From positions 1-48,942 of the forward strand of contig DBFAWQ010000079.1 of the NCBI GenBank assembly GCA_048242115.1: a DNA stretch of 48,942 nucleotides, written 5' to 3'. The notes under the pieces are model-generated. The model was not told where the DNA came from. It did not search any database and saw only the letters and a program-made list of their open reading frames with translations. Positions 8,366 to 17,000 of this stretch are shown one piece after another. This DNA is from Eggerthellaceae bacterium. Its GTDB lineage: Bacteria; Actinomycetota; Coriobacteriia; Coriobacteriales; Eggerthellaceae. Both the position numbers and the translations under genes were made by a program. Numbering within the stretch: the first letter of the stretch is position 1; every line of letters begins with the position of its first letter.

Positions 8366-10618
8366 CTAGATCAGCAGGTCGTCGATCTTCTCGTAGGACC
8401 CGATGGCGTAGCTTTCCACAGCGTTGCCGTTCACCACGTAGAGGACCTCTCCGATGCGCACGCCCCGGGGGCTCATCCACGAGTTGCCGTTGACGTCCTC
8501 GGCCATGTCCTGGGTGAAGACGCCGTCGTCGTAGCTGTAGACGAAGTAGGTCTGGCGGCCGTCGTCGTAGCCCGAAAACCCGATCACGTTGTTCGGCTGG
8601 TCGATCAGCACGGCCCGGTAGTCGTTGAACACGTCGGCGTAGTAGCACCCCTCGACAACGGCCTTCGCCATCTCCGTTACCGCAGTCGGGTCGGAGACGT
8701 CGAACATGGACAGCTTCAATCCGTCGGTCACGCCGGTGTCTTCGTCGGCCTGCATTCCGATGCCCAGCAGCAGCCCCTCGCCGTAAGGATGCAGGTACTC
8801 GCTGAATCCCGGGATCTTCAACGAACCCACGATCTGCGGGTTCTCCGGGTCCGAGAAGTCCACGGAGAACAGCGGGTCGGTCTCGCGGAAGGTGACGAAG
8901 TAGCCGGTGTTCCCCATCAGCCGCGCCGAGTAGACCCGCTCGTCCTGGGCCAAGCCCTCGATCGATCCCACCTGCTCCAGCTTGTCGTCGAGCACGTACA
9001 CGGCGTTGACCGTGTCGTAGCCCTCGTCGTAGAGGGTGGCCACCAACCGCAGGTAGCCGTCGTACTCGTCGATGCACCAGCTGCTGTCAAGCGTACCGTC
9101 CACCTTCGTCTGAGCCACCCCCTCAAGCTGGCCCTCCTTGAAGCTCAGCTTGCGGATGGAGGTGCGCAGCGCGGAGTCGCCCCCGCTATCGGGACCCTCC
9201 TCCGGGTTGGCGGGTGCCCAGTCCTCCGCAGGTTCCGAGGCGCCGTCCGCACCGTCGGATTGCGGGTCGGTCTGGCCCTCGGCATCCTCCAGACTGCGCG
9301 CGATGGGCATGATGTCGTAGGACGCCCCGCCCACCGTCTCGTAGACGTAGATGTTGTCGGCGCTTACGTAGAGCTGGCCGTAGTCCGACAGCACCGCCTT
9401 CTGGGACACGCTGCTGCCAGGGTCCTGGGCGCTGTAGGCCACGGCCACCAGGTACTGGTTCGCCGCCACGTTGGGCGGCAGATACACGTCGGTGCAGGCC
9501 ATGGCCTTCTCTCCCACGCAGGGCACGTAGGACGACGGATCGTCGCTGCTCGCAACGTCGTACACGGCGTAATGGCTGAACACGTACACGAAGCCATCGA
9601 CGAAGCGCGAGGAGGCGTAGGTGCCGGACTGCGCGGCGCTCGACTGCAGGCGCGGGCTTTCCGGGTCGGACAGGTCGAATGCGTCCAATCGGGTGACGGG
9701 CGGCTCGTAGGAGAACTCTCCCCCGCTGCTGCTGGAACGGTACTCCGTGGACAGCGCGAAGAGCCTGTCCCCGTCCACGTAGAACTCGCTGATCTGCACG
9801 CCCTCCTCCACCTGGGCGCGCCCCAGCACCTTCATGCGGCCGCCCTGCGCATCCACGACGGCAATGCTGCGGCAGTCGTCCTGAAGGACGTAGAGGTAGC
9901 GCCCGTCGGTCTTCACCACATCGGCTTCCCCCACCCCCTCGGTGCGCACGTTCGTGTCCGAGAAATCGGCCGTCTTCGCGCCGCCATCCTGCGTCGCGGT
10001 AGCGGCTGTTTCAGCTTGCAGGCCGGCCGCGGGGGCGGAATCGGTCCGCACGTCGCCCGCTATGTCCACCATCGCCTCGTTCTCCGCTTTCGCCACATCC
10101 TCGTAGTACGCAGCTTGCTGCGCCTCGAAGGCCAGAAGGCTGGCCCGAATCTCGCCGTAGGAGGAAGCCGTAGCCAAACCGGGCCGACGCGCGGCCTTTT
10201 CCACGGAGAACAGGTCGTCGCGGACCTCGTCGGTAAGGATATCCCGCACATCCAGCGATCTGGCGCCCCCCATGATGGAAGCCGACAAGCTGTCCACGGC
10301 GCCTTGCTTCGCGCCAAGGAACCCGGAGAAGGCCCACAGGCCCACCCCTGCCGCAAGGGCCACGCTGGCGGCGGCTAGCAGGAATCGGGGCGTGCCCGAC
10401 CCCCGTCGTGCTTTCTGCATGACGGAAAGTCGCTCGGCATGCCCTCCTGCCGGCCGCCCCGACTTCTCCGCAGCGCGGGCGGCCCCTGCATCCTCCGCCG
10501 CTTCTATAGCCAGCAGACCGCGCCTCACCGCGTCGGGGTGCAGGCTCTCGGGGACCCGCACTTCTTCCAAGCCGTTGCGCAGGGCATCGATGATTACCTG
10601 GTCTTCTTCGCTTGTCAT
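8366..10618 (-). CDS. Membrane-anchored beta-propeller protein, probable anti-sigma factor (750 aa)
   Basis: ATGA overlap with the upstream ECF sigma; short cytoplasmic N-terminus, one TM helix, beta-propeller signatures FSDTNVRTEGVGEADVVKTDG, VTFRETDPLF, LKIPGFSEYLHP. Confidence 0.85.
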   Translation of the reverse strand: MTSEEDQVIIDALRNGLEEVRVPESLHPDAVRRGLLAIEAAEDAGAARAAEKSGRPAGGHAERLSVMQKARRGSGTPRFLLAAASVALAAGVGLWAFSGFLGAKQGAVDSLSASIMGGARSLDVRDILTDEVRDDLFSVEKAARRPGLATASSYGEIRASLLAFEAQQAAYYEDVAKAENEAMVDIAGDVRTDSAPAAGLQAETAATATQDGGAKTADFSDTNVRTEGVGEADVVKTDGRYLYVLQDDCRSIAVVDAQGGRMKVLGRAQVEEGVQISEFYVDGDRLFALSTEYRSSSSGGEFSYEPPVTRLDAFDLSDPESPRLQSSAAQSGTYASSRFVDGFVYVFSHYAVYDVASSDDPSSYVPCVGEKAMACTDVYLPPNVAANQYLVAVAYSAQDPGSSVSQKAVLSDYGQLYVSADNIYVYETVGGASYDIMPIARSLEDAEGQTDPQSDGADGASEPAEDWAPANPEEGPDSGGDSALRTSIRKLSFKEGQLEGVAQTKVDGTLDSSWCIDEYDGYLRLVATLYDEGYDTVNAVYVLDDKLEQVGSIEGLAQDERVYSARLMGNTGYFVTFRETDPLFSVDFSDPENPQIVGSLKIPGFSEYLHPYGEGLLLGIGMQADEDTGVTDGLKLSMFDVSDPTAVTEMAKAVVEGCYYADVFNDYRAVLIDQPNNVIGFSGYDDGRQTYFVYSYDDGVFTQDMAEDVNGNSWMSPRGVRIGEVLYVVNGNAVESYAIGSYEKIDDLLI

Positions 10619-11094
10619 GCGTTCACATCCTTCAACAATGCGGCGAGCTTGGCCAAGGAGCGCTTCTTCCGCGACCGAACGGAGCTGGGGCTCATGGTGA
10701 GCATGATGCCGATTTCGGCGCTGCTGTAGCCGCCCACCACCGCCAAACTCACGACGCAGCGGTCCTCTTCGGACAGCGTCGCCATGGCCTCGCGCACGAG
10801 AATCGCGTCCTCGCCGTCCAGAGCCGGCCCGTTTCCGACCGAATCGACCATCTCCGTTTCCGCCAGGGCGCTTCTGCGCTTGAGCCGACGGCGGCATTCG
10901 TTGGTCAGAATCTGGAACATCCACGGGCGAAACGACTGATCGCCGCGCAGACCGTCCCGCGCTCTGAAAGCCGAAACCACCGCCTCGCCCACCGCGTCCT
11001 CCGCATCCGCGGCGCTGCCCATCATGCAGAGCGCGTAGCGGTAGAGGTCGCGGTAGATTGCGCTGTAGCGCTCCGCGAACGCGTTTGCGTCCAT
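10615..11094 (-). CDS. ECF-family RNA polymerase sigma factor
   Basis: Region 2 DAEDAV..F..W...I..N; region 4 LS..DR..V.L....GYSSAEI...L......VRSR; RBS-like AAAGGTGG before ATG 11094. Confidence 0.92.
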   Translation of the reverse strand: MDANAFAERYSAIYRDLYRYALCMMGSAADAEDAVGEAVVSAFRARDGLRGDQSFRPWMFQILTNECRRRLKRRSALAETEMVDSVGNGPALDGEDAILVREAMATLSEEDRCVVSLAVVGGYSSAEIGIMLTMSPSSVRSRKKRSLAKLAALLKDVNA

Positions 11095-11131
11095 GGCACC
11101 CACCTTTGCTTCCTGAAAAGACGTCTCGTGC

Positions 11132-11162
11132 ATAAGAGTACGGCGAGGCGCTTTCTGTTGCA
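11132..11162 (-). promoter_or_regulatory. Putative ECF autoregulatory promoter TGCAAC-N17-ACTCTTAT
   Basis: AAC-type -35 and TC-containing -10 about 40 nt upstream of the sigma start. Confidence 0.5.
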
Positions 11163-11326
11163 TCGGCGCTCGTTCGTCATCTTTTCTCCACAATTCGCAA
11201 GACATGCGGCCCGTTTCTCCCCGACAAAGCATTTCTTCACCTCCTCTCGGCCGAATCGACCCGAACCCTCGGGCTCCCGCATCCGACTGCCGTCTGTCGG
11301 CAGCACGGCATCGGCGCCGCGGCCCC

Positions 11327-12142
11327 CTACCCCTGCACTTCCGCGCCGGCGCCGCTCTCCGCGGGCTCGAGCGCCCGCTTCTGGGCGTCGTAGGCCTCCC
11401 ACGCCTCGTCGGCACTGGCGAAACCCTCCTCCTGGATGGCCACCGCGGTGACGGTGACGACCTTCTCGCCGGCCTGACCCTGGCCGTTCACCAGGTTGAT
11501 GAGCTCAATCCGGTCGAACAGCACCGGCGTCTCCTCCCCCGGCCCCAGAACATCGGCGTAGCGGTAGGTGTGGACGCGGTAGCCCTCCGACAGCGCAGGC
11601 TCCCCCTGCTCCTTCCACTTTTCCGATGTCACCTGGTAGGAGAACAGCTCGACGTTCTTTCCCGCGACCGTATCGCCCTCGCCGTCGACGTAGGAGACGT
11701 CGGCAACGGGCACGGACACCTTCGCCATGACGTAGGCCCCCACCCCGTCGGTGCCGCCGTTGACCACCTTCGGGTCCTTCACCACCCATTGCAGCGGCAG
11801 CATGTTCTGGGCCGCATCGGGAATGCCGTCGCCGTCCTCGTCGGGCAATCGGTCCCACGCCTGCTCGACGACCCGAACGTCCAAATCGTCCGAGGCGACG
11901 CTGAGCACGTTGTCCACGCTGTCCTCGTCGGTGAAGTACGAGAACATGCCGCCGACGCCGACAGCCGCCGCCAGCCCCACTGCAAGCACGGGCCTGACGA
12001 AGGCTCGCGCACGCAACGGGGCGCGACGGGGGCTATACGGGCGCGTCGCCTCGGGAAGCGCGCTTTGCAGCCGCCCGTCCGAAAGCGGGGCAGAGTCGGC
12101 CGCAAGGGTGGCCGGACCGCTCGTCTGTTCATAGCTTCGCAT
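11327..12142 (-). CDS. SipW-dependent signal-peptide protein (TasA/camelysin-like pilin candidate)
   Basis: Hydrophobic stretch then GGMFS-YFTDEDSVDN, the SipW-cognate signature; KDPKVVN motif; GAGGAG RBS; adjacent to sipW. Confidence 0.85.
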   Translation of the reverse strand: MRSYEQTSGPATLAADSAPLSDGRLQSALPEATRPYSPRRAPLRARAFVRPVLAVGLAAAVGVGGMFSYFTDEDSVDNVLSVASDDLDVRVVEQAWDRLPDEDGDGIPDAAQNMLPLQWVVKDPKVVNGGTDGVGAYVMAKVSVPVADVSYVDGEGDTVAGKNVELFSYQVTSEKWKEQGEPALSEGYRVHTYRYADVLGPGEETPVLFDRIELINLVNGQGQAGEKVVTVTAVAIQEEGFASADEAWEAYDAQKRALEPAESGAGAEVQG

Positions 12143-12270
12143 GGTCTTATCTCCTCACAGGTTCCTTGCGCCACTTCTCGCGCAGTGGCCGCGCTTCTCG
12201 TTCGCATGCAAGCCGGCGGGGAGAGCGCGGCTTCGGCTGCTTTCGCCCCCCTCCCGCAATGCCGCAACCG

Positions 12271-12945
12271 CTACGGATGCCGCGGGGGTTTCCCCCGACG
12301 CAGCGCGGCGAATTTCGCACGTTCCCCGTCGGCACGGGACGGACCCAGCGCCGACGCCAGCCCGAAAAGAACCGCGGTCACGGCCGCCAGCACGCCCACG
12401 CAGGCCCACTTATGGTTCTGGTAGGCGAGCAGCGGAGCTCCCGCGAAAGCGATAGACCCCCTCACCTGGCCCACAACGCGGTCGAATCCCACGGGCGCCG
12501 GATCTGCTATGGCCACCGCGTCCCCTTTGGTGGTGAAGGTGCGCGAGCGGCTGTCCACCGCGACGATGCGATGGCCGCACACCTTCCCGTCGCCAAGGTG
12601 GAACACCGCCACATCACCCACCCCCATGGCCTCGGGCGCCACCGTCTGATCGACGAATGCCAGGTCATACGCCCACATCGCCGGCGCCATGGAATTCGAG
12701 ACCACGCCGAAGACCGACCAGCCGAACGCCCGCGGCACCCAGCACAGCATGGCAACAGCCGCGAGCACCACCACAAGCCCGGTGAGCAGGAAGCTGGAAA
12801 CGCGCCCCACCAGCCTCCCCGGACGCTTCCGGAACGAATCGCCCCGCACCTCCTCGCTCCAAAACCCCCTGCTCCGATCCTCCTCGTTCCCAGAAAAGCC
12901 CTGCCGCCCCGCAACCGACACATTTGTCATCGCCGTCTGCGCCAC
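12271..12945 (-). CDS. sipW: Signal peptidase I, SipW (archaeal/ER type, S26B)
   Basis: Ser motif VVSNSMAP, His motif HRIV, TKGDA; flanking TM helices; GGAGGGG RBS before GTG 12945 (alternative ATG 12930). Confidence 0.88.
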   Translation of the reverse strand: MAQTAMTNVSVAGRQGFSGNEEDRSRGFWSEEVRGDSFRKRPGRLVGRVSSFLLTGLVVVLAAVAMLCWVPRAFGWSVFGVVSNSMAPAMWAYDLAFVDQTVAPEAMGVGDVAVFHLGDGKVCGHRIVAVDSRSRTFTTKGDAVAIADPAPVGFDRVVGQVRGSIAFAGAPLLAYQNHKWACVGVLAAVTAVLFGLASALGPSRADGERAKFAALRRGKPPRHP

Positions 12946-13337
12946 CGTAGCCCCTCCCGTCTTTCGAGTCGCCTCCCGCGCCTTTCTCGGGTCCCATGCT
13001 ACAGGCCCGCGCTTGCAAATCGATGACAGGGGCCTTTCAGCGCAGCGAACGCCGCCGATGACGGAGAGGCGCCGTCCGCGAATCGGACTGCACCGAGAGC
13101 GTCGTCGCCCGCGAAGCAGACCGATCACGGCGCGACGCTTTGCGCGAAGCCTTCCGAACCCGAAGCGTCGCATCTTCACCGCCGCCTCTTTCGCCATTGC
13201 GCACTGGTTCTCTCACGATCCTTGCATGCTGCGCCACTGTTTATGCATGCTTTTCGAAACGGTTTTCCGATCGGGTCGGATAAGCGCAGCAAGGAAGGCC
13301 CGCCGGTCGGGCGAAGGGAAACAGCTGCAGACTCCCC

Positions 13338-13510
13338 CCGCAAATCAGCCGCAAAACTAGGGGGCGGTTTGCGGGATTATCCCTCCAGGTCAGGCCGGAC
13401 CGGCTTCCGGAGCCAGGCCGCAAAGCAAGGCGGGGTCGGTTTGCGGGATTAGGCCGCAAAGCAAGGCTGACGTTTCCAAGCTTAGGCAAAAGTTAAGCCC
13501 CAAAGTTAGC
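13338..13510. repeat. Intergenic cluster of CCGCAAA/TTTGCGG heptamers
   Basis: CCGCAAA at 13338, 13349, 13418, 13454; TTTGCGG at 13368, 13440; AGGCCGCAAAGCAAGGC at 13415 and 13451; CGGTTTGCGGGATTA at 13365 and 13437. Confidence 0.8.
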
Positions 13511-13578
13511 TACGGCTATTCTGTGAACGCGGGGCTTTGCGGCGCAACGGGCCGAATCCCGTTGGCTATACTCGCGCC

Positions 13579-14058
13579 ATGGATACCTCGACCAACACCA
13601 TCAAGGACGGCTCCGGCCGTCGTCTCGCCAAAGCCCCGGTCTTGGCGGCGGAAGGGCCCCACGCCGAAGCGGCGCCCCAGGCCGGCCGAATCCCGCGGCC
13701 CTCGAAGGCGACCGCCCAAGACTCCCCCGTCATCGCGAAACGGCGGCAGCGCGAGAAGAAGACGATCTCCCAAATGGTGGCTATCTACTGCGCCGGCAAC
13801 CACGAGCAGGCGGTCCGAACCGAAACAGCCTACTGCGGCGAAGCGGTATGCCCCCGGTGCAAGGCCGTCGACGACTACAGCGTCATGCGGACCGAGCGCT
13901 GCCGCCAGATGGCCGTGAAGACCAGCTGCGACGAGTGCCCGTACCATTGCTACCGCCCCGAGGAGCGGGAGCAGATCAAGCAGGTGATGCGCTACGCCGG
14001 ACCTCGGATGATGACCAAGCACCCCGTGGCTGCGCTTCGCCACCTCATGGGCAAGTAG
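13579..14058 (+). CDS. YgbA-like (nitrous oxide-stimulated promoter family) Cys-rich protein
   Basis: REKKTI..MV.IYC...H, CP.C, R.ERC, CDECPYHCY, VMRYAGPRM..HP. TATACT lies 6 nt before the ATG, suggesting a leaderless mRNA. Confidence 0.85.
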   Translation: MDTSTNTIKDGSGRRLAKAPVLAAEGPHAEAAPQAGRIPRPSKATAQDSPVIAKRRQREKKTISQMVAIYCAGNHEQAVRTETAYCGEAVCPRCKAVDDYSVMRTERCRQMAVKTSCDECPYHCYRPEEREQIKQVMRYAGPRMMTKHPVAALRHLMGK

Positions 14059-14073
14059 CGCCCGCCAGGCCCC

Positions 14074-17000
14074 ATGGAAGACAGCGTTCCCAGCCCGAAA
14101 GCCCCGTGGCCCGCAAGCTTCTCGCAGCCGGTGCGCCAGTGGTTCGCCTCGGCCTTCCCAAGCCCCACCGAAGTGCAAAGCCGGGCTTGGTCGACCATCC
14201 AAAGCGGCGGAAACGCCCTGGTCATCGCTCCTACCGGATCGGGAAAGACGTTGGCGGCCTTCCTGTTCGCCATCGACCGCATCATCAGCCAGAAAACCTG
14301 CGCGCCTTCCGCCGATCCGTGGAAGCCGGGAGTTCGCATCCTGTACGTGTCCCCCCTGAAGGCCCTGGGCGCCGACGTGCAGCGCAACCTGGAGCAGCCG
14401 CTAGCCGCCATCGGGTCCCTGGAAGGGGGCGCGCCGGTCACCACCGCCGTCCGGAGTGGAGATTCCACCCCGGACGAGCGCCGTCGCATCCAGCGCACGC
14501 CGCCCGACATACTCATAACCACCCCCGAGTCGCTGTACCTGATGCTCACCTCCCAGGCCTCGCAGGTCCTGCACACCGTGGAGACCGTTATCGTGGACGA
14601 GGTGCACAGCATCGCCGGCAGCAAGCGGGGGGCGCACTTGTCGCTTTCCCTGGAACGACTAGACAACCTGCTCGGGCACCCGGCCCAGCGCATCGGGCTT
14701 TCGGCGACGGTACGCCCCCGCAACGAGATAGCTCGCTACCTGGGCGGATGCCACCCCGTGACCATCGTCGCAGACGATGCGCCCCCCAAGCTTGACCTTT
14801 CCGTGCGCGTGCCCATCCCCGATATGGCCGCCATCCCCGCCTTCGGGGGCCGCGGGGGCTTCGCCGGCCGCGGGGACCCGGTGGCGTCCGCCCGCTACCG
14901 CGGCAAGGGCGACCCGATCAAGGCGCTGGCGGCGAAAGGGGCGGCAACCTCCACCCCCGACACCCGAAGCGGATCGGTCTCCATCTGGCCCTACATAGAG
15001 GCCGAGGTGCTCGACCAGATCCTCGCCCACCGCTCCACCATCGTCTTCGTCAATTCGCGGGGGCTGTGCGAGCGGTTCACCGCACGGCTGAACGAGCTGT
15101 TCGCCGAGCGTAGCGGCCATTCCCCCCGGCACAGCGAGAGCGCCGGCTGGTGGAGCGATGCGGGAAGCGCCAGCGAAGGGGCACCTACCGCCTACCGCTC
15201 CAGCATGGGGTCGTCCACCGAAATGGGCCAAGGGGCCGACGCCATCGTCGCCAAAGCCCACCACGGCTCGGTGGCGAAGGCGCGGCGCCAGCAGATCGAG
15301 CGCGAGCTGAAACGCGGCGAGCTTCCCTGCGTGGTGGCGACCTCCAGCCTTGAGCTGGGCATCGACATGGGCGAGGTTGACCTGGTCATCCAAATAGCCC
15401 CGCCGCCCTCCGTGGCTTCGGGCCTGCAGCGAATCGGCAGGGCGAACCACCAGGTGGAAGGCCGATCGGTGGGACAGATCTACCCCAAGGTGCGCCCCGA
15501 GCTCATCGATGCGGCGGTGATGGCCCGGGGCATGGAGGAAGGGGCCATCGAGCCGACGGCCCTGGTGGAAAACGCGCTGGACGTGCTTGCCCAGCAGACG
15601 GTGGCCGCCGCGGCCATGGCTCCCGACGGCCTTTCCGCCGACGAATGGCTGGCCACGGTCAGGAAGAGCGCCTGCTTCTCCAACCTGGGGAAACGCTCCT
15701 TCGAAAGCGTCCTGGAAATGCTCGCGGGACGCTACGACTCCGGGGAGGTGGCCGCGTTTTCGCCCCGGATCCTGTGGGACCGCGGCACCGGGCTTTTGAC
15801 AGCGCGCCCCCATTCGCAGCGGCTGGCCGTGAGCAACGCCGGCACCATCCCCGACCGCGGCTCCTACGCCGTGGTGCTGCCCGAGGGCGACGGCAAGGCG
15901 GGACGCAAGCGCGTTGGCGAGCTGGATGAGGAGATGGTGCACGAATCCCGCGTGGGCGACATCATAGCTTTGGGCACGAGCACCTGGCGTATCGCGGAGA
16001 TCGAAGCGGACCGGGTGGTGGTGCAGCCCGCGCCCGGCAGAAGCGCCCGCCTGCCCTTCTGGCACGGCGACGCGCCCGCCCGCCCGGTCGAAACCGGCTA
16101 CGCCCGCGGGGCTTTCCTGCGCCAATGCGCGACAGCGCTGCCCCCCGCCGACGAAGCCCGAGGCGCTGCGGGAACGGCGGCCTTCGACCAGGAGTTCGAC
16201 AGCCGTTTGGAAGCGCTCGGCCTGGACCGGTTCTCCCGCGACAACCTCGCCCAACTGCTGCTGGCCCAACGGTCGGCCACCGGAGCGCTGCCCACGGACC
16301 GAACGCTGGTGGTGGAGCAATGCCAGGACGAGACGGGCGACTGGCGCGTCATCCTGCACTCCCCCTTCGGCCGGAAGGTCCACGAGCCCTGGGCCCTGGC
16401 GGTTTCGGAGCGCGTCAGAAACGTCTGGGGCTTCGACACCCATGCGGCCGCAAGCGACGACGGCATCCTGCTGCGCGTGCCTGCCGCCGCCGACGCGGTG
16501 CCGGGGTTCGAGCTGTTCCGCTTCGATCCCGACGAGCTCGACCAGACCGTGCGCAACCTCGTCGGCTCCACCTCGCTGTTCGCCGCGAGGTTCCGCGAAT
16601 GCGCGGCCCGCGCCCTGCTCACATCGCCGGGGTCGCCGGGCAAGCGCACGCCCCTGTGGCAGCAGCGCCTCCAGGCAGGCCAGCTCCTGGAGGCGGCCCG
16701 CCGACAGCAGGACTTCCCGCTTCTGGCGGAAGCCATGCGGGAATGCCTGGTGGACGATTTCGACATGGGGTCGCTGCACCGCATCATGGCAGACCTGCAA
16801 TCCGACCGCATCGTCGGACGGACCGTCGCAACCCAGACCCCCTCCCCCTTGGCCGCCGCGCTCATCTTCGGCTACGTCGGCGAGCACATCTACGACGGCG
16901 ACCTGCCCCATGCCGAGAGGAAGGCTGCGCTTCTGTCCGTGGACCAGCAGCTGCTGTCGGAACTGCTGGGAGGCAAGGGCGCAACGGTCGAGGACCTCCT

